A stretch of DNA of 64,000 bases from the NCBI GenBank assembly GCA_964530945.1, contig CAZHCJ010000001.1, positions 2,140-66,139 of the forward strand, read 5' to 3'. Source of the DNA: Candidatus Woesearchaeota archaeon. Its GTDB lineage: Archaea > Nanobdellota > Nanobdellia > Pacearchaeales > GW2011-AR1. The notes under the pieces were generated by a model. That model had not been told where the DNA came from, did no database searches, and saw only the letters and a program-made list of their open reading frames with translations. Made by a program: the position numbers and the translations under genes. Of the stretch, positions 56,538-64,000 are shown piece by piece (the stretch's first letter is position 1; every line of letters starts with the position of its first letter).

Positions 56538-56659
56538 CGGACCCGGCAGGATTTGAACCTGCGACTTCTTGCTTACTTCGGAAAGTCACGCCTTTCTGAA
56601 GGTCGGAAAAACATTTTCCGTAGAAGGCAAGCGCTCTATCCAGGCTGAGCTACGGGTCC
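56538..56659 (-). tRNA. tRNA-Arg (anticodon TCT) with a 47-nt intron at position 37/38
   Basis: Acceptor GGACCCG/CGGGTCC. D arm GCTC..GAGC. Anticodon stem CTTGC/GCAAG with loop CTTCTA|intron|A. T arm GCAGG TTCAAAT CCTGC. TTTTAAATA lies about 25 nt upstream. Confidence 0.6.
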
Positions 56660-56710
56660 TTACAAAATAAAAGAAATATTTGTATTTAAAATTGTTTGTT
56701 TTTTCAGAAA

Positions 56711-57388
56711 TCACTTTATCTTCTTTTTAAGAAATTTATCATAAAGCAAGAAAAAGAAAGGCACTCCCATATTAAACTCAATCAATGAGTTCTCTAACAA
56801 TACAATAAAATCTCCTGGACGTATTCCATTCAGCAATAAAGAAAACTCCATCATGAAATGGACTAAAAATCCTACCAAAAACAAGTACAATATCTTTTTC
56901 CAATCATATTTCAAAAATAAAAGTAAAGAAAATCCTACAACAACTATGCCTACTCTTAAAAGTCTAAAATCAGACATGTGCCTAACCAGAGTTATTGTGG
57001 AATCATTTAATGGAATGAATTGAGAAAGAAATCCTACCAAAACCCATCCTAAAAAAACCAATGCAGTCCAACCCCATTTTTTTGATTTTTTCTCAAACAT
57101 CAAAAACACATATGCATACTCTACCCCATAAGATAATGAAAACCAGAGAAAAAACAAAACAACGCTTCCAGTAAAACTAAAGGGTAAACTAATCTCTCTG
57201 ATTCCAGTATGTAACCAAATTCCCCAATCAACTAAAAAGTTTATAAAAATACCTCCTAAAAAGAAAACCAAAAGAGGGATTTTCTTTTTGTACCTAAACA
57301 GCAAAAACAAGAAAACCGCAAGAAAAATAATATCGAAAAAGATGTAGTCAACCCCAAAATTTCTTATTACATCATAAACCATTTTCAC
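56711..57388 (-). CDS. Polytopic membrane protein, hypothetical
   Basis: Six to seven TM helices. No motif recognised. Confidence 0.4.
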   Translation of the reverse strand: MKMVYDVIRNFGVDYIFFDIIFLAVFLFLLFRYKKKIPLLVFFLGGIFINFLVDWGIWLHTGIREISLPFSFTGSVVLFFLWFSLSYGVEYAYVFLMFEKKSKKWGWTALVFLGWVLVGFLSQFIPLNDSTITLVRHMSDFRLLRVGIVVVGFSLLLFLKYDWKKILYLFLVGFLVHFMMEFSLLLNGIRPGDFIVLLENSLIEFNMGVPFFFLLYDKFLKKKIK

Positions 57389-58293
57389 ACTTCAATCTTC
57401 TCCAAGTCTTTAGGCAGCTCAACGCTTTTGAAGATTTTCTTAGCTTCTTGAAAAACGCTTTTTGAATCTTTCCTATACCTATCACTCAAGTGCACAAGAT
57501 AAAGTTTCTTTACTTTAGCTTTCTTTGCTATCTTTGCTGCTTGCTCAGATGTTAGGTGCTTGTAAGCTTTAGCCAAATCATTAAAATTTGAATCAAACGT
57601 AGACTCACAAATCAACACATCGGCATTTTTTACAAATTTTGCAATTCGCTTATTTTCCAAAGTATCTAAAACAAAAGAAATCTTTTTTCCAGACTCAACA
57701 AAGGTCAAATCTTTTGCCTTGTATTTCTTTCCTTCATATTTAATGTCCTTTCCTTCTTTCAATTCTTGCAAATGTTTCCCAGGTTTGATTTTATATTTAT
57801 TAAGTTTCTTTTTATCAATTTTGAGATTATCTTTAAGAACAAAATTATAAGCATTGCAAGGCTGAACGTGAACCATTTTCTCGGCCTCCAAATAAAAATC
57901 TTCGCTATCAAAAAACTTTCCAGGATTTGAAATCTCCTCGACTTTAATTTTAAATTCTTCAATTTCTCCAAATGCCTTAAACATCTCTTTCATATGTTTC
58001 TTAAATCCATAAGGTCCATAAATCTCCAATGTTTTTCCATATCCCGAAGTCGAAAGCGTTCTTAAAAGCCCGGGAAGTCCAAACGTATGGTCTCCGTGCC
58101 AGTGTGTAATCAAGATTTTAGTGATTTTGCAAGGATTTAGCTTTGCCTTGCGTAGCTGTGTCTGCGTCCCTTCTCCACAATCAATCAAAATGTTTTCTCC
58201 TTTATAACGCAAAAGAAAACCAGGATGGTTTCTTTTAGGTGTAGGCACCATGCTGCCTGTTCCAAGAAACGTCAAATGTATTTTTTCTGGCAT
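57385..58293 (-). CDS. rnz: Ribonuclease Z (tRNA 3' processing; MBL fold)
   Basis: LTFLGTGSMVPTPKRNHPGFLL. ILITHWHGDHTFGLPGLL. Confidence 0.85.
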   Translation of the reverse strand: MPEKIHLTFLGTGSMVPTPKRNHPGFLLRYKGENILIDCGEGTQTQLRKAKLNPCKITKILITHWHGDHTFGLPGLLRTLSTSGYGKTLEIYGPYGFKKHMKEMFKAFGEIEEFKIKVEEISNPGKFFDSEDFYLEAEKMVHVQPCNAYNFVLKDNLKIDKKKLNKYKIKPGKHLQELKEGKDIKYEGKKYKAKDLTFVESGKKISFVLDTLENKRIAKFVKNADVLICESTFDSNFNDLAKAYKHLTSEQAAKIAKKAKVKKLYLVHLSDRYRKDSKSVFQEAKKIFKSVELPKDLEKIEV

Positions 58294-58360
58294 TTTAATA
58301 AGTCTTAAAACAACTAAGAAAATATTGTTTAAAAGATTACCCTAACCCCTAAAAATAAAC

Positions 58361-58612
58361 TCACTCTTTCTTCAAAGCTGTTGAAGCCGGAGAAATAAAG
58401 ATTATTGTATCTCCTCTCAAAAATGTCAATCCAAGATTTCTTTTAATCTCGCCATTGTCCATCTCTTTGATGTTATCTAAGACAAGATTTATGTGAATGT
58501 CGAAAGCTAAAAGCGTTCCAACAAACTGCTTGTCTCCTTTCAAATGCACAAGAACTTCCTTCCCTTTAGACTGATTCAAAAGATCAAGAGGTCTTTCAAT
58601 TCCTTTCGCCAT
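58361..58612 (-). CDS. Sm-like archaeal protein (SmAP/LSm)
   Basis: Sm1/Sm2 fold: KEVLVHLKGDKQFVGTLLAFDIHINLVLDNIKE...LGLTFLRGDTIIFI. Confidence 0.85.
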   Translation of the reverse strand: MAKGIERPLDLLNQSKGKEVLVHLKGDKQFVGTLLAFDIHINLVLDNIKEMDNGEIKRNLGLTFLRGDTIIFISPASTALKKE

Positions 58613-58775
58613 AAGATTTTTGTGTTAATTTATTATTTAAATCTTTGGTATCGGAGAATCTTTGATTCTCTTTAGCCATAAGATACTGTTTGTAAATCTC
58701 TTTATAAAGATTTCTATATATTTATTTAGAAAACTCTAACGAAACATATTTAAACAAAGAACAAGATTTTTTGAT

Positions 58776-59144
58776 ATGAAACAAGGACGAAAGACTTCTG
58801 GAGGGAAGTATAAGAAACATAGAAAAAGAAAGTCTTATGAGAGAATCGGTCAAAGAACGAATGTTAAGCTTGGAGAAAAAGAAAAAAAGAAAGGCAAAAG
58901 AGTCATGGGTGGAAACAAAAAAACCCATTTGCTTAATGTTAAATTTGTAAACCTGGTGTCTAGTAAAGGAAAGAACCAACGGGCTGAAATTAAAAACGTT
59001 TTTCAAACACCTTCAAATCGTTTCTTAGCTAGACAAAACATCATAACAAAAGGCACAATTGTAGAAACAGACAAAGGCAAAGTAAAAATAACAAACCGTC
59101 CGAGCCAAGAAGGCATGGTTAATGGAATTCTTGTAAAAGAGTGA
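58776..59144 (+). CDS. rps8e: Ribosomal protein S8e
   Basis: QGRKTSGGKYKKHRKRK...RVMGGNKK...NRFLARQNIITKGTIVETDKGKVKITNRPSQEGMVNGILV. Confidence 0.8.
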   Translation: MKQGRKTSGGKYKKHRKRKSYERIGQRTNVKLGEKEKKKGKRVMGGNKKTHLLNVKFVNLVSSKGKNQRAEIKNVFQTPSNRFLARQNIITKGTIVETDKGKVKITNRPSQEGMVNGILVKE

Positions 59145-59252
59145 TTTTAAACTTTTACCACTTTAACATAATACGCAAATAGAAAGGTTTTTAAACTAAA
59201 ATCGTTTATAAATGTTACGATAGATTTAAAAACTAATTCAAAACTATTTCAA

Positions 59253-60218
59253 ATGGCTTCAATAAAAAAATGTCCTGAATGCGGCGGCGTCAACCTAACA
59301 TACGATCCTCATCTCGGAGAAGTTGTATGTAACGATTGTGGCTTAGTTGTTGAAGAAAAAATGGTTGATTCTGGAATAGATCTTCACGGCAAATTTGACA
59401 AAAGCGAAAAAAAAGGGCGTGGCGGAGCCCCAACAAGCATTCAAAAATTCGACAAAGGTTTAACGACAAACGTTGGAGAAATCTCTGATATTTATAGATT
59501 AGATTCAAAACAAACACGTAAGTTTCTTCGTTTGAAAAAATGGCAGGAACGTGTTTCCACAAGCATAGAACGTAATCTAAGGCTTGCAATGGCAGAGCTG
59601 CGCGTCATTTCTTCTTACTTGAGCCTGCCAAACGTTGTAAGGGATGAAGCCGCAAGAATATACAATTATGTGTTGCAACGCGGTCTTGTAAGAGGTAGGA
59701 GCATGGAATCTGTAATCGCAGCATGTTTATATGCTGCATGTCGTTCATACAGCGTTCCGAGAACTCTAGATGAAATGGCTACTGCTTCCGATGTTGAACG
59801 TAAAGAAATTGGCAGAACATACAGATTCATAATTAGAAAACTAGGAATAAAAGTTAAGCAAAGCTCTCCAAAAGATTACATATCGCGTTTCTCATCCGTT
59901 TTAAAACTCAGTCCCAAATCCCAAAACATTGCTCTTGAAGTTTTAGATGATGCGGAAAAAGCAGAACTTACATCTGGAAGAGGTCCTGCAGGAATAGCTG
60001 CCGCGGCACTCTACGTTGCCGCGTTAATGAATGATGAAAAGAAAACCCAAAGAGAAGTTGCAGACATCGCAGGGATTACGGAGGTAACAATACGTAATAG
60101 ATATAAAGAACTAATAGAAAAGCTTGGATTGGAAGAAAAGATAAGTCAAAAAGAAAACGAAGAGAAAAAAAACAAAGATAAAAATTCAAAGAAAGAAAAA
60201 ATTAAGAAGAAGAAATAA
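59253..60218 (+). CDS. tfb: Transcription initiation factor IIB (TFB)
   Basis: Zn ribbon CPECGG...CNDCG. B-reader/linker, then two cyclin-fold repeats. TATA cgTTTATAAAtg lies about 45 nt upstream. Confidence 0.95.
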   Translation: MASIKKCPECGGVNLTYDPHLGEVVCNDCGLVVEEKMVDSGIDLHGKFDKSEKKGRGGAPTSIQKFDKGLTTNVGEISDIYRLDSKQTRKFLRLKKWQERVSTSIERNLRLAMAELRVISSYLSLPNVVRDEAARIYNYVLQRGLVRGRSMESVIAACLYAACRSYSVPRTLDEMATASDVERKEIGRTYRFIIRKLGIKVKQSSPKDYISRFSSVLKLSPKSQNIALEVLDDAEKAELTSGRGPAGIAAAALYVAALMNDEKKTQREVADIAGITEVTIRNRYKELIEKLGLEEKISQKENEEKKNKDKNSKKEKIKKKK

Positions 60219-60276
60219 TTCTAAAACTTTTTATACCTCAAAAAAGTATTAATCTTAACCACTTTGACTGCATTAT

Positions 60277-60285
60277 CTTTTAAAT
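60277..60285 (+). promoter_or_regulatory. TATA box CTTTTAAAT about 26 nt upstream of tRNA-Leu
   Basis: The same (C/G)TTTTAAAT box at the same spacing occurs upstream of tRNA-Asn (11184-11192) and tRNA-Met (48780-48788). Confidence 0.45.
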
Positions 60286-60310
60286 TCTAAAGGTCGCAGA
60301 AGATTTTTAT

Positions 60311-60394
60311 GCGGGGGTGCCGGAGTGGTCAAACGGACAAGATTAAGGCTCTTGTGGCTTAGTGCCTACGCAGGTTCGAATCCTGTCTCCCGCA
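60311..60394 (+). tRNA. tRNA-Leu (long variable arm, A73). The anticodon loop TTAAGGC reads as AAG under the canonical fold.
   Basis: Acceptor GCGGGGG/CTCCCGC. Anticodon stem CAAGA/TCTTG. 15-nt variable arm. T arm GCAGG TTCGAAT CCTGT. CTTTTAAAT lies about 26 nt upstream. Confidence 0.7.
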
Positions 60395-60402
60395 TTAAAA
60401 CT

Positions 60403-63400
60403 CTAATTCTCCAATGGTTGCCCTTCAGAATCACAGCTAACAGGGCAATTGCCATATGCAGGCGCACTTATCTCATATCCTGAAGGAAAATTTGGATTAT
60501 CTTCATACAAAAAATCTTTATCCAATCCTCGAGGTTCTGAATCATCTTTCTGAGGATTTGTGCACCCGTGCCCAATAAGATTTCCTGTTTCAATATTGTA
60601 TTTGTCAATCAAATAATGGACTAGCTTCGAAAGTGATTCTTTCTGACTTTCTGTATATTCATCCTCTCCCTCTCCAAGATTTACTATCTCTATACCTATA
60701 GATAAAGAATTTAAACAATTTGCGTGCTGAGCACTAAGTTCTTCAGGAACTACTCTTACAATTCTTCCGTCTTTTCCAACAATGTAATGAATACTATTCC
60801 TGTTTTTAATTAATGCCAAAAGGGTAGCCTCCACACTTCCCGATGCAGAATGGTGCAAAACAATATACTCTGGAGTTGCATCATTGCTTCTCTCTAAATG
60901 ATTAAATGCGGAAAGAGACATCTCTTCGGATAAAGAATCCAAAAAAGGATGAGAATCTGAATAAAAACTACCTTCTCCCTCTGAATCTTCTTCAGTTTCT
61001 GGTTCTTCAGTTTCTGGTTCATCTTCATCGTCATCATCTTGAGAAACTAAATTTTGATAAGCACTCAAAGCAATCTCTCCTAAAGCATTCCCCCTCAACC
61101 AGTAAAGATGTCCTTTTTGATTGTTGTAAAATACTTTATTGATGTTGTCAGTAATGTTGTTTACCAAATCCATTCCTCTCAGGCCTTTTAAGCCATCTAG
61201 AAAGCCTTCAAAATTCGTTATGTAATCACCACTCTCTTTAAGAGAGTTTAATGCTTTTTCTTCATGCACGCTTAAAATTTCGTCTTCAACTTCACTGGAC
61301 CTAACAATGTTTTCCACGCTTTGAGCATCAAGCCAACATTTTAAGTTTTCTTGTCCGCAATTTCCTACCTCTTTCCATCTTGCATCTTCCGTTCCAAAGC
61401 TAGGATCAGAACCTTTTCCTGGACTTTCTGTAGAACAAACACGAATTATTCCCTTATTGTATATCTCAGGATTTATTGCATCTTCAACAGCAGACTGAGG
61501 ATTCAAACTCATTAAAACATCTAATTTTGGAGTTCCTGAAACACAATCTTCTGCAGAATCTATATTCTCTTCTAGTGCTTGATCTTTTATATACTGGTCA
61601 CGAATAATGTCTGTTGCAAGACTTGTTGAAACCGTTTGGAACCCACACTCTTCTTGTCCATTGACAATAATACATAATTCATTATACCCTGAAGGAGCTG
61701 TAAAGTCTTTTGTTTGAGTGATTTTCTCTCCAACATCTAAACTTCCTGCCGCAACAACCCTCCTATAGTTAGTGTCTCCAAAGTAACTCGGATTGCCTTT
61801 CAAATAAACCTCATAAATTGCAGGAGAGTCTCTTCCTGAGAATATGAAATAAAATACTTTATAGTGCGAAATAGGTGGATTTGTTGTGCTAGTATATTCT
61901 ATCTCCTGAAAGGTTCCATGGAATTGAGCAGGTGAATCTGGTTGAGTTAACGCGTCTAAAAGTGAACCCATATCTGGATACGCGCCAGAAATCCAACTCT
62001 TGCAAACCTCGGTTCCTGCATTTTGAATACTCCTTGCCTTGAAAGCCTCAAAAGAATTTGCAGCATAATAATCTGTTATGTAATCCACAGATTCACTGGC
62101 ACGGTCAAAAGAATCTTCAACAGTAAGATACTCTCCACCCCCGCTTCCTCCCTGTCCAAAGACACGCTCAACCCCTTCTTTTACAAAAAGTTCTCCTAAA
62201 GGCTTCGCTTCTCTCCATAATAAATCACACATATAAACACTATTTATCTCATCACAAATCCCTACTGTTTGACCTGTATCTAAACTTGTTTGAAGACATT
62301 GCGTATAAGAGTCTATTACCTCTGTAAGTCCATCGACACCGGCATGAATTCCTGTTAAACAAATAGGGACTTTCACTTCTGGAAAGTTCGGTAAACAAAG
62401 CAAAGTACTCCCTATTATTCCCGACTGCACAACATCATCTACAGGGTATTCTCCGCCAAAATCGCATCTAGAATTTGGGCAAACGAATGGGTCACAAATG
62501 TTAAACAATAAATTACAATCCGAAGGAGACATGAAGTCTTGACATTGTATGTCTGGAGTGCCAACATAAGTCTTTCCAATAGTAAAAATTTCTGTTCCCC
62601 CACATGTCGTTCTGATACTTATTTTATCTCCTACATCTCTTCTTTGACCTTCCTCTGATGCTTGCCTTATTGCACTAACAGAGCAATCAACTAAGTTTGA
62701 AGCTTCATTCTCACTCAAACCAGGAAATTGATTGTATGGTTGTCCGGTTCCAAGATTAATCATCTGACAAATATCATCCGATGTACCTGAGCTAAATTCC
62801 TCTTCTCCATTCTCACCGACATTGCAAACAAAGAAACTAGAAATTCTTCCAGAATCTTCATATGAGCCCATACTTCTCCCAATAGGCAATGTAGGTTTTA
62901 TTGCGGCATACCAGCCATCATCAGTATCAAAAGGAACAATTGCAGGTAAATTCTCATACTTTCCAGAATCATAAAAACGTATTTCTGGATTTTTATATTT
63001 GTTCTTATACGATTCTCCATCGATTTTTTCTAAATCAATATTCAGGGGATTTGTTTGTTCATTACTATACTCTTCTAAGTTTCCTATACTTGTTATCAAA
63101 TATGTTTGAATTATATTGTAATCATCATCTAAAACAAACAAAATTTTTTCTTGATTACTTCCATGCTTGTATAAGAAAGGATATACAAAACTAGAATCAT
63201 CTATTTTTGAATGTGAGTTAGAGTTGAAATTGTTTTTAACATTGTTAAATCTCTTAACATCACTCACCACATAGTCTTTCTGGTTTGGAACACTCACAAT
63301 TGCTTCCTCAAAACCATACTTCTCTGCAAAATCATCTTTCTCTTTTTCCGACTTGGAATTAATCCAAACTTCAATCAATTCAGATTTTATCTCTTGCATA

Positions 63401-64000
63401 GCTATCGCTTTAAGATTTTCATCTCCAGAAACCAATAATCTAGAATTAACATTCAAATCCCTAGCTTCACTCAAAAGGGTATTTGAACTACCTATCAAAG
63501 CGATAATATCTCTAACAGGAACGGGATTTCCTTCAATTTCAATTGTTTCCCCCATCTCCGATTCAATTCTCGAAACAAGATTATCTTTAAAACTAGAATC
63601 AACATAAGTTTCGTAAACTTTCTTTGTGTCTATAACTTCTCCAAATAATCCGCCTTCAGAGAATCTTCCTTCAATAGAATCTATTTCTTGATTTTCTTTT
63701 CCTATCTCTCCTGCAACAGCACTAACATCTGCCTCAATAGCATCATTATTTTCTAAAAGGCATTGGTCTACACTCCCATAAGCCCCATTTTTGTATTCCT
63801 GTTCACACTTCTTGAACCAGCCTTCTTCTCCACGCATCACATTTTGTCTTGCGATTCCTGCGCCCCCAATATTCGAAAAGAAATTTTTAACTATCAACCC
63901 TCCTGCAGTTACCAAACAAGAAGTTTTTCCAACTTTAACCACTTTTCCCAATACGTCTTCAATCTTTTCAAGTTTAACAAGTGTTTCGTTCCAAGATTCA
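60403..64000 (-). CDS. Giant Cys-rich secreted/surface protein of at least 1,180 aa with a C-terminal Amidase_2 domain. The 5' end runs off the window: the frame is open to nt 64000, and the track's M at 63951 is a TTG codon.
   Basis: C-terminus TPEYIVLHHSASGSVEATLLALIKNRNSIHYIVGKDGRIVRVV...AQHANCLNSLSIGIEIVN...LIGHGCT. Central region has more than 30 Cys. Acidic linker DDDDEDEPETEEPETEEDSEGEG. Confidence 0.65.
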   Translation of the reverse strand, partial: ESWNETLVKLEKIEDVLGKVVKVGKTSCLVTAGGLIVKNFFSNIGGAGIARQNVMRGEEGWFKKCEQEYKNGAYGSVDQCLLENNDAIEADVSAVAGEIGKENQEIDSIEGRFSEGGLFGEVIDTKKVYETYVDSSFKDNLVSRIESEMGETIEIEGNPVPVRDIIALIGSSNTLLSEARDLNVNSRLLVSGDENLKAIAMQEIKSELIEVWINSKSEKEKDDFAEKYGFEEAIVSVPNQKDYVVSDVKRFNNVKNNFNSNSHSKIDDSSFVYPFLYKHGSNQEKILFVLDDDYNIIQTYLITSIGNLEEYSNEQTNPLNIDLEKIDGESYKNKYKNPEIRFYDSGKYENLPAIVPFDTDDGWYAAIKPTLPIGRSMGSYEDSGRISSFFVCNVGENGEEEFSSGTSDDICQMINLGTGQPYNQFPGLSENEASNLVDCSVSAIRQASEEGQRRDVGDKISIRTTCGGTEIFTIGKTYVGTPDIQCQDFMSPSDCNLLFNICDPFVCPNSRCDFGGEYPVDDVVQSGIIGSTLLCLPNFPEVKVPICLTGIHAGVDGLTEVIDSYTQCLQTSLDTGQTVGICDEINSVYMCDLLWREAKPLGELFVKEGVERVFGQGGSGGGEYLTVEDSFDRASESVDYITDYYAANSFEAFKARSIQNAGTEVCKSWISGAYPDMGSLLDALTQPDSPAQFHGTFQEIEYTSTTNPPISHYKVFYFIFSGRDSPAIYEVYLKGNPSYFGDTNYRRVVAAGSLDVGEKITQTKDFTAPSGYNELCIIVNGQEECGFQTVSTSLATDIIRDQYIKDQALEENIDSAEDCVSGTPKLDVLMSLNPQSAVEDAINPEIYNKGIIRVCSTESPGKGSDPSFGTEDARWKEVGNCGQENLKCWLDAQSVENIVRSSEVEDEILSVHEEKALNSLKESGDYITNFEGFLDGLKGLRGMDLVNNITDNINKVFYNNQKGHLYWLRGNALGEIALSAYQNLVSQDDDDEDEPETEEPETEEDSEGEGSFYSDSHPFLDSLSEEMSLSAFNHLERSNDATPEYIVLHHSASGSVEATLLALIKNRNSIHYIVGKDGRIVRVVPEELSAQHANCLNSLSIGIEIVNLGEGEDEYTESQKESLSKLVHYLIDKYNIETGNLIGHGCTNPQKDDSEPRGLDKDFLYEDNPNFPSGYEISAPAYGNCPVSCDSEGQPLEN

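Noticed and set aside
63949-63951. Start codon of the giant protein as listed in the ORF track
   Set aside because: The codon is TTG, translated as M by the track. The frame has no stop up to nt 64000, so the true start is probably beyond the window.
1-64000. Looked for a CRISPR array, a diversity-generating retroelement (reverse transcriptase plus TR/VR), transposases, integrases and rRNA genes
   Set aside because: No regularly spaced direct repeats. No RT-like, transposase-like or integrase-like ORF. No rRNA-like GC-rich structured region. The low-complexity repeats found are coding: poly-Lys and poly-Asp/Glu.
1-64000. Possibility that this is a bacterial (CPR) rather than archaeal contig, because of low GC and bacterial-type MnmA/AlaRS/LeuRS/DisA
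   Set aside because: TBP, TFB, TFE, MCM, aIF1A, aIF2-beta, S8e, S17e, Sm, GatD/E, EndA, deoxyhypusine synthase and intron-containing tRNAs are decisive for Archaea.

Overview
AT-rich (roughly 30% GC) archaeal genome segment. Gene content suggests a DPANN-type archaeon, which is inference from gene content only. The archaeal information-processing core is present: TBP, TFB, TFE, MCM, ATP-dependent DNA ligase, aIF1A, aIF2-beta, r-proteins S8e and S17e, an Sm protein, tRNA-splicing endonuclease, RNase Z and GatD/GatE. Seven aminoacyl-tRNA synthetases are present (Asp, Asn, Pro, Ala, Leu, Gly, plus MnmA-type tRNA thiolase), along with FtsZ, deoxyhypusine synthase and a DisA-like diadenylate cyclase. 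There are six tRNA genes; three carry introns, and each has a cTTTTAAAT-like TATA box about 25 nt upstream. Two LAGLIDADG inteins interrupt the DNA ligase (after motif I KYDGFR) and MCM (after HEAMEQQ). Accessory or unusual content: (1) a protein of at least 1,180 aa, Cys-rich and secreted-looking, with a C-terminal Amidase_2 (MurNAc-L-Ala amidase) domain, running off the window end; (2) two paralogous genes with strongly atypical local GC (above 55% against about 30% background), one in an operon-like pair with a membrane-anchored transglutaminase-like protein; (3) a vapBC toxin-antitoxin pair next to a 55-aa polyacidic (D/E) protein; (4) a metallophosphoesterase gene broken by two compensating frameshifts; (5) a histone-H1-like poly-lysine protein, and a TFE with long poly-lysine tails. 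No CRISPR array, rRNA or transposase was found. ORF-track translations were used for protein-level calls. Motif positions were checked against the nucleotide sequence by hand.
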